This document shows, piece by piece, positions 7,545-16,051 of a stretch of 20,539 bases of DNA. The DNA is from Bdellovibrionota bacterium. Lineage in GTDB: Bacteria > Bdellovibrionota_C > UBA2361 > JBGSMV01. The DNA lies in contig JBGSMV010000060.1 of the NCBI GenBank assembly GCA_041739995.1, forward strand, positions 1-20,539, given 5' to 3'. The notes beneath the pieces are model-generated. The model was not told the DNA's origin. It was given only the letters and a program-made list of their open reading frames with translations, and did no database searches. The position numbers and the translations under genes are program-made. How positions within the stretch are numbered: position 1 is the first letter of the stretch; each line of letters starts with the position of its first letter.

Positions 7545-9332
7545 CTAGCGTCGCCTTGGTATGGAAATCGTTCGAAGCGGACTTCTATTCGTCCGAATCG
7601 CCGTGCTACCGCTCTCTCCTCTCACTCTAAAGGAGACGCGGTAGTTGCCAGGCGGCAGGCTCCGAAAGGACGTTTGGTTGCGCTTACTGACCTTTCGGAG
7701 CGCCTCAGTCTTTAGCGCTGTCTTGCCCAAAGGTTTCACAAGCACCATGTAGCAAATGCCGCTCTTTGGACAGGTTCGCCCACTCGCCTTAGAAGACACA
7801 CCGCTTGAAGCTACTTCTGAGAACTTTTCCATAAAAACTGTGGCAGAGCGCTTCACCGTGCAGACATCAGGGGCTTCATCAAGGCGTTCCCCTGCCGTGA
7901 GGGGATTATCTCTGGACGCTGGGTCTTTGGATGCAACGGAGCCGTAAATATCGACTAGCTGATTATCGTCACTCGGTTGAAATATGGCGGCGGTTTCATA
8001 CACAACTAAAATGCTCCCAGATGAAATTGACGGCGCATCGCTATCAAGACCGCTCGTCGCTTGATATCCGGAAGTACTCAAGTTCACCCTGCGCACCGTG
8101 TCCAAGATATAGTCGTGAATGATGATGTCGCGGGCGGCGTTACAATCCGAGCGTCCACTCAAATTCGTCGCATCGGATGCAAACGCAATATAATTCCCGC
8201 CAGCAGCAATACTCGGCGATCGACTATCCCCGTCTCCTTGCTCGCCCGAAATCAACGAGCTCACCAACTCTGTGGCTCCGAGACTTCTATCTCCATTGAG
8301 GAAGCGCCGAAACACATCACGCTTTCCATTGGTGTCAGAAACCACAAGGTCTGTCGCATCCGAGTCAAAGGTAATGTCCCCACCCCCATCGACATCTATC
8401 GAATAGCTCGCACCATTGGCCGGGGCTCCATTGACCGCGCGCGAGACCAGCTGGGTGATCCTACCGTCCCCAATACTTACCACTCGGTCTCGGATGAATA
8501 CGTCTGCAACACCATTTGCATCATCACCCACAAGGTTTGTGGCCTCGGAGACAAATCCAATGTAGCGAACACTGCCAAAGACGGGAGCCGAGCTATCTCC
8601 ATCTGCCTGCTCTCCAGTCGAGTTGATGCTTATGAACTCGTTACTGGCGTCGGTTAGATCACAGTCGGTTCCGGAAGGATTTGTGTACATAAAAATGTCG
8701 CGCTTTCCATTCGTATCCGGCAAGACGGCGCCGTCCTGCCCAAGCGCTTGAAGGTTCGTAGCGTCTGACGCGTAAACGATATAGCAGCCATCATCTGAAA
8801 TGCTTGGCGTCACACTGTCACCGTTCGACTCCCCGGTTTCAACACCAAAAATAGTCAGCGGAACACTGACTCTTCGAATTGAGCTGTTCTCTCGATCGTA
8901 TAGAAAGATGTCCGTTTTGTTGTTTGTATCGCCCGCGACAAGATTCGACGCCGCAGATGAGAACACGATCCAGCGCCCGTTTGCGCTTATACGCGGATTG
9001 CCACTCGGCCCATTCGCCTCAACGCCCTCGTTGCTTACCGATATGCGTGTGGTCACTATGGGGAGCGGATCAAATGCCGCCAACTGTATCGTTTCCTGCT
9101 CGTGCAGAAAGATATCAGTCACGCCGTTTGTATCTCCTGGCGCCAAATTAGTCGCATCCGATGCGAACACGATGTAACGGGGATCCTCGCCTACATCAGG
9201 CGAGTAGCTGCGGCCATCGGGGAGCAGTGCGGCCGAGCTCTGACTCACGATGATTGTTTGCGCCTGTGCCTGCAGAGCGACAAGCAGCGCGATGCTTAAA
9301 GCAAGCGTACTGGTGCGGAAGTTCATCATCAC
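7545..9332 (-). CDS. Secreted TolB-like/PD40 beta-propeller repeat protein with C-terminal beta-sandwich-like domain
   Basis: Signal peptide (ALQAQA|Q); about 6-7 repeats of PSIS.DG.YIVF.SDATNLV.GDTNG..DIF; basic C-terminal domain (SLPPGNYRVSFRV); RBS ggagag. Confidence 0.85.
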   Translation of the reverse strand: MMMNFRTSTLALSIALLVALQAQAQTIIVSQSSAALLPDGRSYSPDVGEDPRYIVFASDATNLAPGDTNGVTDIFLHEQETIQLAAFDPLPIVTTRISVSNEGVEANGPSGNPRISANGRWIVFSSAASNLVAGDTNNKTDIFLYDRENSSIRRVSVPLTIFGVETGESNGDSVTPSISDDGCYIVYASDATNLQALGQDGAVLPDTNGKRDIFMYTNPSGTDCDLTDASNEFISINSTGEQADGDSSAPVFGSVRYIGFVSEATNLVGDDANGVADVFIRDRVVSIGDGRITQLVSRAVNGAPANGASYSIDVDGGGDITFDSDATDLVVSDTNGKRDVFRRFLNGDRSLGATELVSSLISGEQGDGDSRSPSIAAGGNYIAFASDATNLSGRSDCNAARDIIIHDYILDTVRRVNLSTSGYQATSGLDSDAPSISSGSILVVYETAAIFQPSDDNQLVDIYGSVASKDPASRDNPLTAGERLDEAPDVCTVKRSATVFMEKFSEVASSGVSSKASGRTCPKSGICYMVLVKPLGKTALKTEALRKVSKRNQTSFRSLPPGNYRVSFRVRGESGSTAIRTNRSPLRTISIPRRR

Positions 9333-10002
9333 TCTCTCCGTTTACTTCGAAATCTTATTGAGCAAGTCGGCGGATTATGGAATCTCCTAAAACGGAGACC
9401 TTCACGTGAATTCGCTATCGCATAAAACGCAGAAGACTCTCGCGGAGACAGGGTCCAGGCGGGCGCAATGTGCTCGATCGACCACACTTTTAGTGCCGCT
9501 CCCTCGTTAACGCTGTTTGGGGATCCATCGTTTGGTCACCAGAGACATCGACTCTGGCGAACCTCAGATTGTGGACAGAGAAGGGATTTAAAAAGGAGTC
9601 CCCCTAGAGGAAAACTAGAGGCTCCCTCCGAGAGAGCCATGGTTCACCTCCCCGACGGAGATATGAGCGTATTTCGCTCTCGAGCTCCTCCTCTGCCCCT
9701 CGAACTCAATTCCGAGGAGACTCCAACGGGTTATTGCGCGCCGGGCGGGAGAGGTTTCTCTCACTCAAATCAGAACTAGGAGTAGGTAGCACCCTCCTTA
9801 AAGGATCACCCATGTCCAGCCAGCACAGCCAAGCCATCATGACGCGGGACTAGGAAGGCCTACGACCTTCGGCGAGTGTCGGTGATGCGTAAGTCTCGCG
9901 AACAAATTAACCGAGAATTTTGGCCGTGACTAAATTTGAGCACGAACTACACCAAGCGCGCTTGCAAGATAGCGTTTGAGACTCCTAGGAGGCCGGGGCT
10001 AG

Positions 10003-10470
10003 GACGCGAGGGAAGACAAAGTACGTTGCCTAGGGCAGCTGATAGTCCAGCGCGTGAGACATGGAGTCCAAGCGCTCAATCGTATAGTCCCTTCGACGTT
10101 TAAACTCATCTTTAAATTCCCGCAGATAATCATCGCAGAACCGCAGAGCGGCGCTTGCTGCGTATTGAGAAATGACAGGAGCGCAGGTCACCAACGCGTC
10201 GTGGTACTTTACTATCTCTCGAACTTTCGAGGCTTCAGCGTGTAAGAACCCAACGCGCCAGCCTGTCATGGCGTACGCCTTTGAGAACGAGCACACTCGA
10301 ATGACTCGGCTTCTGGCTTCAGGAATAAAGCACAGCGTGAAGTGTGTATCTGACGTGTAGTAGAAGTCCTCATAGACCTCATCAATGAGCACGGTGAGGT
10401 TATGGCGCTCTGCTAATGCAATCAGCGCCCGTGTGTTTGCTTCAGAAAACAGTTATCCGGTTCCGTTACT
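10003..10470 (-). pseudogene. Internal fragment of a class I/II PLP-dependent aminotransferase with in-frame stops
   Basis: One frame reads SNGTG*LFSE...LIDEVY...SFSKAYAMTGWRVGF...RRRD...YQLP*ATYFVFPRV. Stops are TAA 10453-10455 and TAG 10030-10032. No recognisable N-terminal half or C-terminal VPG..FG segment nearby. Confidence 0.85.
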
Positions 10471-10761
10471 TACGGCTCTTGGTGAGTTTAGTTGTCCGCA
10501 GGTAGTAGGGTGGAACGTAGATTAAGAGCACTGGTTCCGAAGAGGAACGGCTCCGCCTTGCTCCCGATTGAAGATTTCTTGGGCTCACAAGCGGAGGGCT
10601 ACGAAATCGCGCTCGTGTGGCTGGGGGCATTTAGGTCTAATAGCTCTCCGAATGCGACTTCTTTCTAACTTGCTGATAATACAGAATTACCTAGGAGCTC
10701 GTGCCTACGCCTTTGGAATAGGCGTTCTGAGAACATCGATGTTAAGGAGCACCGCCGAAGC

Positions 10762-10778
10762 TCGGCACGAAACTGGCA
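10762..10778 (+). promoter_or_regulatory. Candidate sigma-54 (-24/-12) promoter upstream of the TadE-like gene
   Basis: tcGGcacgaaactgGCa has exact GG-N10-GC spacing and two mismatches to YTGGCACGRNNNTTGCW; ~75 bp before ATG 10854. Confidence 0.35.
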
Positions 10779-10853
10779 TATAGGTTTGTGATCACCTGAG
10801 TGAAATAAGAGCAAAGAGAGCAATCTCTGAAGCGGCTCTAAGGACGGTTTGCA

Positions 10854-11456
10854 ATGATAAAAGGACATCAACAGCAATTAGAGACGACCTCTGAATCCCA
10901 CGGGTCGGTCTCGCTTGAACTCACTCTGGTGCTACCGGTGCTGCTCTTTATGTTCTTCGGAGTTGGGACGCTTGGCCGGATTATCGGACAGCTTTCCTGG
11001 ATGTCGCAGGTCGCGTATCAAACGACGCTTGCTGCGGGAGAGGCGGATGATGCAGAGCGGGGAGCAATTCTTGAAGCTCGATGGACTCGTATCCTCGAGG
11101 GCTACGAAGCCCGATCAGGGGGCTCGCGACCAGTTGAAGGCGAAAGTAGAGCAGTGACGATTGTAACCGACCCAGCCGAGAGATCGGTCTCTGTTGAAAT
11201 TTCTGGCGGGGTTCTATCGTTACTCGGCGGACTGACCCTCTTGCCGGTACAAACTACCATTGTCGGCCCACTCATGGCTCCTGATGCGACCGCGGCCGGC
11301 TCACTCTCGGCCCCAATGAATCCTCCCACAGGAAGTCTCTGGAATTGTATTGGGGCGCAGGGCACAGGAGGGACGGAAATGTGCCTCTCCAACTGCCTCT
11401 CTCTAGGCCTGTGCCAGTGCGCGCTGCCGTCGACCGAGCAAACAGTCCCTTGCTAG
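10854..11456 (+). CDS. TadE-like minor pilin with Cys-rich C-terminal tail
   Basis: Prepilin motif HG|SVSLE followed by LTLVLPVLLFMFFG hydrophobic helix; 6 Cys in the last ~37 aa. Confidence 0.8.
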   Translation: MIKGHQQQLETTSESHGSVSLELTLVLPVLLFMFFGVGTLGRIIGQLSWMSQVAYQTTLAAGEADDAERGAILEARWTRILEGYEARSGGSRPVEGESRAVTIVTDPAERSVSVEISGGVLSLLGGLTLLPVQTTIVGPLMAPDATAAGSLSAPMNPPTGSLWNCIGAQGTGGTEMCLSNCLSLGLCQCALPSTEQTVPC

Positions 11457-11737
11457 AGGTTCAATTCTTCCTTAGTCAGGAGTGCGGTTGAATCAATGTT
11501 CATACCCCCCTCCCGAGCCAGTCCATTGAGATCACAGAGGAATAGGGGGAAGCTCTCCTACTTACGGGCGCCGCCCTCATGCTTTCAAGTCAAAAATTCC
11601 TTAAGTTTGAAGTTATTGGGCCGATTGTATTGGTGGAGGGGGCTTAGATCCGCGTATGGGGGTTTTACGTGGATTTATTGAAAGCAAGCGTTCCACACGC
11701 GAATCGGGAGGTGAAACCTGTGACGTTCTTGAATCGA

Positions 11738-13663
11738 ATGAAGCGAAACCGCGCAGCAGTGATTTTCTTTGCTGCTGCAATAGCTCTTGTCTCCACTGCG
11801 GAAGCACAGGACAAGATTACTTCGAAGAAGCCTATCCCCAATTGGTCAGCACCTGCTTCGGAGGGCGATCCAAAAGTTAGTGATCAAGGTATTGCAGAGA
11901 GTGCCGTTAGTTTTGATCAAATCAAGGAATTTCTACACTCAGACCTAAAGTCCGCCGAGTTTATCAGGCAAGATAAATTCGGTGATGCTGTTCGCCGTGA
12001 ACGCAACGTAACCTTTGCGGAAGCCTACGAAGGACAAGGGGAGCCGGTGGGAGGGCAGTCGCTCGGATTCTCAGAGCCCCAAGAGTTTTTGGTCGCTGGA
12101 TGTTCTCTCTCTCCGGTGAACACTACCCGAGTCAGTTTTACACCAGTCAAATTTTGCGAAGGAAAGCCGATTCGGCTCACCGATGTTTCGGCGACACATC
12201 ATGTGGTTGGACACTATCGTCGTCAGTCCGATGGGCGTTATCACTCGTTTCGTTTGTTGTCTCAGGTTAACGGAGGTTACTCCGATGTTAAGGTTCTTAG
12301 TAACGGCCCCCACAATATCCCAGGTGCGGATTCAGGCACGCTCGCGCTTGGGTTGTCAGCAAACGGTCAGGTAATTGTTGGAATGGGGCATGCAGAAGGG
12401 GGCCAGAGGCCGATTCGATGGCAATCAATAAATCATGCCCCAACGATGCTCTCTAAAGTTCCTTGTCAAGGCGGAAACGGGTGTGATCTCCCCACCAATG
12501 GATCGAGCGATAAGGGAGAAGCGACTGCGACTAATATCGATGGCAGCGTAATTGTGGGGAGCTACAGTATTTCTGGACTTTCCCAACATTTTCGAGCGCG
12601 ACGCTGGGTCGTCAATCCCGTAACGGGAGCTGTGATTTCTAGTCAGCAAATTCCCGATCCCGTCGATGGGAGTCTTGGCGCTTGTGTGGGATCAGGCGCA
12701 CCAAGTGGTGCATATTCTGGATATGGAGTTTGCATGTCGTTTGGTTATGGAGTGAACTCGAGCGGCAATTCCCTGGTGGGGTTTTATCGCCACCGAATTG
12801 GAGGAGGAGCTGCGGTTGCGCGACCCTCTTTGCCGTTTCTGTGGTATCTTGAGCGGTCAGACACGACCGTCCTTCCACGACTTTTCACCCCCACTTCGTT
12901 CTCTTGGCAGGCGGGCAGTGGTGATGCCGATCTTGCTAGCGGGGCACGAGCCACGATTTCTGGAGATCTTGGGTTGCGACCGCATGGGAAAGCGAACGCC
13001 ATATCGGCAGATGGCTGGTCCATTGTTGGTTCTGATACCACCGGTTCTGCTGCACGAAATTCCTATCCCAGTATTTTTTATCCGCGGATTCCCACTCTTC
13101 TTACTGGCGCATTGCCGTCCGATACTGACCTTGCGGTCGATCCGGACGATGGTGGTCCGTCTGGGGTAATTAGCGTGGGGAGAACAACCGAGGATGGATT
13201 CAGATGGCGTCCGACTGCGTATCGTGGAACGGCAGGAGTCATGACCCCAATGCGCGACGTGGAAGATGAGTATTTCACTGGTCTCGCGAGTAATTTTTCG
13301 CGAAGTATCTACAATGATACTTCTAACGGAGGTTGTCGAACCGTCGGGAAGAGCTATGCGGGGGGAATGAGTGGCTTTCCTGACGCTGAATTTCTTGAGA
13401 CCGCGGTAGTTCGTCCCGGAATCGATTGTGCCACCGAATCTTGTCGCAAGAGTCAGCGCCTGAAAACGGAAGTAAATCGAATTATGGGGAATGGCAGGGG
13501 AATCGATGCTAATAATCCCATGACAGCCGCTTGGCAGCTGACGGAGGCTACCGGGATTTCTCCAGATGGTAAGACGATAATCGGTAATGCGATCTGCCAT
13601 CAGCAGGGGCAAGTGCTTGATATCGAAAATCAAGTTGGCTTTATCGTAGAAATTAAGAGCTGA
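11738..13663 (+). CDS. Secreted protein with HAF-type extracellular repeats (probable beta-propeller)
   Basis: Signal peptide from M at 11738 (MKRNRAAVIFFAAAIALVSTAEA|Q); repeats ALGLSANGQVIVG, ATATNIDGSVIVG, GYGVNSSGNSLVG, ANAISADGWSIVG, ATGISPDGKTIIG; paired Cys insertions. Confidence 0.8.
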   Translation: MKRNRAAVIFFAAAIALVSTAEAQDKITSKKPIPNWSAPASEGDPKVSDQGIAESAVSFDQIKEFLHSDLKSAEFIRQDKFGDAVRRERNVTFAEAYEGQGEPVGGQSLGFSEPQEFLVAGCSLSPVNTTRVSFTPVKFCEGKPIRLTDVSATHHVVGHYRRQSDGRYHSFRLLSQVNGGYSDVKVLSNGPHNIPGADSGTLALGLSANGQVIVGMGHAEGGQRPIRWQSINHAPTMLSKVPCQGGNGCDLPTNGSSDKGEATATNIDGSVIVGSYSISGLSQHFRARRWVVNPVTGAVISSQQIPDPVDGSLGACVGSGAPSGAYSGYGVCMSFGYGVNSSGNSLVGFYRHRIGGGAAVARPSLPFLWYLERSDTTVLPRLFTPTSFSWQAGSGDADLASGARATISGDLGLRPHGKANAISADGWSIVGSDTTGSAARNSYPSIFYPRIPTLLTGALPSDTDLAVDPDDGGPSGVISVGRTTEDGFRWRPTAYRGTAGVMTPMRDVEDEYFTGLASNFSRSIYNDTSNGGCRTVGKSYAGGMSGFPDAEFLETAVVRPGIDCATESCRKSQRLKTEVNRIMGNGRGIDANNPMTAAWQLTEATGISPDGKTIIGNAICHQQGQVLDIENQVGFIVEIKS

Positions 13664-13693
13664 ATAAAATCCGACACGAGTACTCTCCCTAAC

Positions 13694-16042
13694 TTAATTG
13701 GCTGATACGAGGATATAGGGGTTTCCACCGACAGTCTGTTGGACGCACCGCGCCGCTTGTTCGGAGGGTTCCCATTCCCGCGGGGCACAGTAGAATGTGG
13801 AGGGCCATTGCGCACAGGGACTGAGCGATCCATCTGGCTCATAGCAAGACCCCCCACACGCAGGACATTGAGCGGGAGTGCAGATATCGAGTAGCGGACA
13901 CATGAGGCCCCCAGAGTCCAGCGAAAGATAGGTAAACACCCAATTTGGGTCTCTGAAAATTCTTGTATCATTGGCGGAGTTCTTCTCACCAACTTTTTCG
14001 TAGGCATCCTCTTCGCTTGTGCCGTTGAGCTGAGTGTACTCCACTAAGCTCTTTGCTGCGTTTCTATCTCTGGAGCTTTGAGCCCAAAGCTCTCGGAGAG
14101 TGGCGTGCCCCGATCCAGAAGGCGACAGTGCAAATTTGAAGTTTGGCTGCACAAGCTCCCCTCGCAATAGCGTAGTAAGAGCAATGCGACTCTGGGTAAG
14201 TTTGTTACGAATGCTATCGACTCCAGGGCCAATGAGATTTTCTACGGCACTCAAATAGCTAGTGTGGTCCTTAGGTGCGGGGCAGCTCTGAACGCCCGTA
14301 ACAGGATCAGTATCACACGTCATCAGTCCGTCCGTCGCAAGAACTATCGATTTCTGGGCACTTGCGGGGCAGATGTTGATGTCAGCCAGACGATCAATAG
14401 CAAACTTGAGAGCGCCAATGATGTCCGTGTCCCGGTTGTTGGTCCGGTCAACAGGGAACCATCCCATGTCGATATAGTTTGGGTGAAGTTCCCCTGGAAC
14501 AACTGGAAAGGTCCCGCCTGGGGGCCACCCGGGTGGGCTAGTCACTGGTCGATACGGAGATGCCGTCTCCCAATTAGTAATGGTTCCTCGGTTGAGATAG
14601 TTTGTCGTCTGAACGAGAAACGAAAGATTACGTTCGACCTTGTCCAGAGCGGTGTCGGCGGGGAATACGTTCATCGGTACTTTTCCGAATGGGACCACCA
14701 TTGCACCATCTGCACCTGTTGTTTGGAGTTGTATGAGTCGAAGACCTGCATTGAATGCTGTGAGGAAGGTAGACAATGGTTCGGGGTTGTTGACGTGGTC
14801 GATTCGCACATACCCGTAGGGAGTTCCGCGATCGAGATAATGCTGGCGGTAATGCTTCAGAATTTGAGGAGCTCCGCCGGGGGTGACTGGGTAAGCCAAG
14901 GGAGTCGCATTCCCGCCACGATCGAGAAAGCCACCATTCTGCATCGCAAGATTGCACCACACGAGTCCGGAGTTATTCCCGGGAACCAAAATTGCGCCGT
15001 TGTTGTCGAGATTGCACCATGAAAGAGTGGTAGTGTTATTCTGCGGGTCGGGGAGTCCTCCTCCTACATGCAAATCTTGCGTAAGCATTGCAAACATCGC
15101 GCTATTGTTCGGACAGAGCACGCGGCCCGGTCGTGGCGAAAGCAAATACACCGGTGGCGGCGGCGGAGGGGCGAGTTCGGCGTCACACTCTACCCAGGGT
15201 GGATAGGGAAGACCCGTATCAGGGTCGTTGCCGGTGACAATAGTTTCGGGCGAGGAGTCCCACGGGCGCGAGACGTATGGGAGTCGTAGGTTACCGCTGG
15301 GAAGTTTGTGGCTCTCGTCAGTGGTCGATAGCGAGACATCTAACACAAACGCCACGCACCGTTGTGCAAGGGAGGCGGTAACGGAGCTATTAATCTGGGA
15401 GTTCTCCTGCCCGAGGATCGAGGCGATCGGTACGATAATAGGATTCGAGGCCGCGTTTCTGGCTAACACCCGAACCGCATTTACTGGGAAGAATGGGTTT
15501 TCCGGTTCGAACGTCGCCGAATCAACTGGCTTGAAGCAAGGATATGCCGGAGGAGGACCGTCGCACGGAGTCAGCGGGCCCGTCCCATCAGGATCTTCAG
15601 AGAAATACGATCCAGGCTCGAGGAGGCCTCCAGTATCCACCGTTTCCGTCTCATCAACGAGGCGCAATCCGCCCAAACTAGAATTCGTAAGTGCAAGATC
15701 GTTGCTACCGAGTATGAAGTTGGCTCTGTCTCGAGCGAAGTCCGCGAGATCTCTGGGAGGGTGATTAGCGGGATCTGCCCTTTTATCTATGTACTCCTTA
15801 AGCGCAGCCAGGGAGGCGAGGTTGGCCGCCTGCTGAAGACGAGTGCTCCCCGTTGCCACGATGCCAAGGCCGATCGAGAGGGCGACTAAAGCCAGAAGAG
15901 CAAATGAGGCAATTACAAAAAAGACGATGACAAACCCCGACTCGCCACGGCACATCGGGCTTTGCAGCCCTCTAGCCAGAGTTTTCTGTCCAGCACCACC
16001 TGATGCAATGGTACCTGATGACTGAATCGATGTCGGAGACAC
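13694..16042 (-). CDS. TadG-like minor pilin/adhesin with interrupted vWA domain and Cys-rich C-terminus
   Basis: ESG|FVIVFF hydrophobic N-terminus; RLQQAANLASLAA Tad motif; MIDAS elements VAFVLDVSLS, TDIIGAL and IVLATDG; RBS aggagg overlapping the upstream stop. Confidence 0.82.
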   Translation of the reverse strand: MSPTSIQSSGTIASGGAGQKTLARGLQSPMCRGESGFVIVFFVIASFALLALVALSIGLGIVATGSTRLQQAANLASLAALKEYIDKRADPANHPPRDLADFARDRANFILGSNDLALTNSSLGGLRLVDETETVDTGGLLEPGSYFSEDPDGTGPLTPCDGPPPAYPCFKPVDSATFEPENPFFPVNAVRVLARNAASNPIIVPIASILGQENSQINSSVTASLAQRCVAFVLDVSLSTTDESHKLPSGNLRLPYVSRPWDSSPETIVTGNDPDTGLPYPPWVECDAELAPPPPPPVYLLSPRPGRVLCPNNSAMFAMLTQDLHVGGGLPDPQNNTTTLSWCNLDNNGAILVPGNNSGLVWCNLAMQNGGFLDRGGNATPLAYPVTPGGAPQILKHYRQHYLDRGTPYGYVRIDHVNNPEPLSTFLTAFNAGLRLIQLQTTGADGAMVVPFGKVPMNVFPADTALDKVERNLSFLVQTTNYLNRGTITNWETASPYRPVTSPPGWPPGGTFPVVPGELHPNYIDMGWFPVDRTNNRDTDIIGALKFAIDRLADINICPASAQKSIVLATDGLMTCDTDPVTGVQSCPAPKDHTSYLSAVENLIGPGVDSIRNKLTQSRIALTTLLRGELVQPNFKFALSPSGSGHATLRELWAQSSRDRNAAKSLVEYTQLNGTSEEDAYEKVGEKNSANDTRIFRDPNWVFTYLSLDSGGLMCPLLDICTPAQCPACGGSCYEPDGSLSPCAQWPSTFYCAPREWEPSEQAARCVQQTVGGNPYILVSAN

Positions 16043-16051
16043 TTCGCCCTC

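Noticed and set aside
9468..9779. 103-aa ORF
   Set aside because: No recognisable motif and atypical composition; likely non-coding or decayed sequence.
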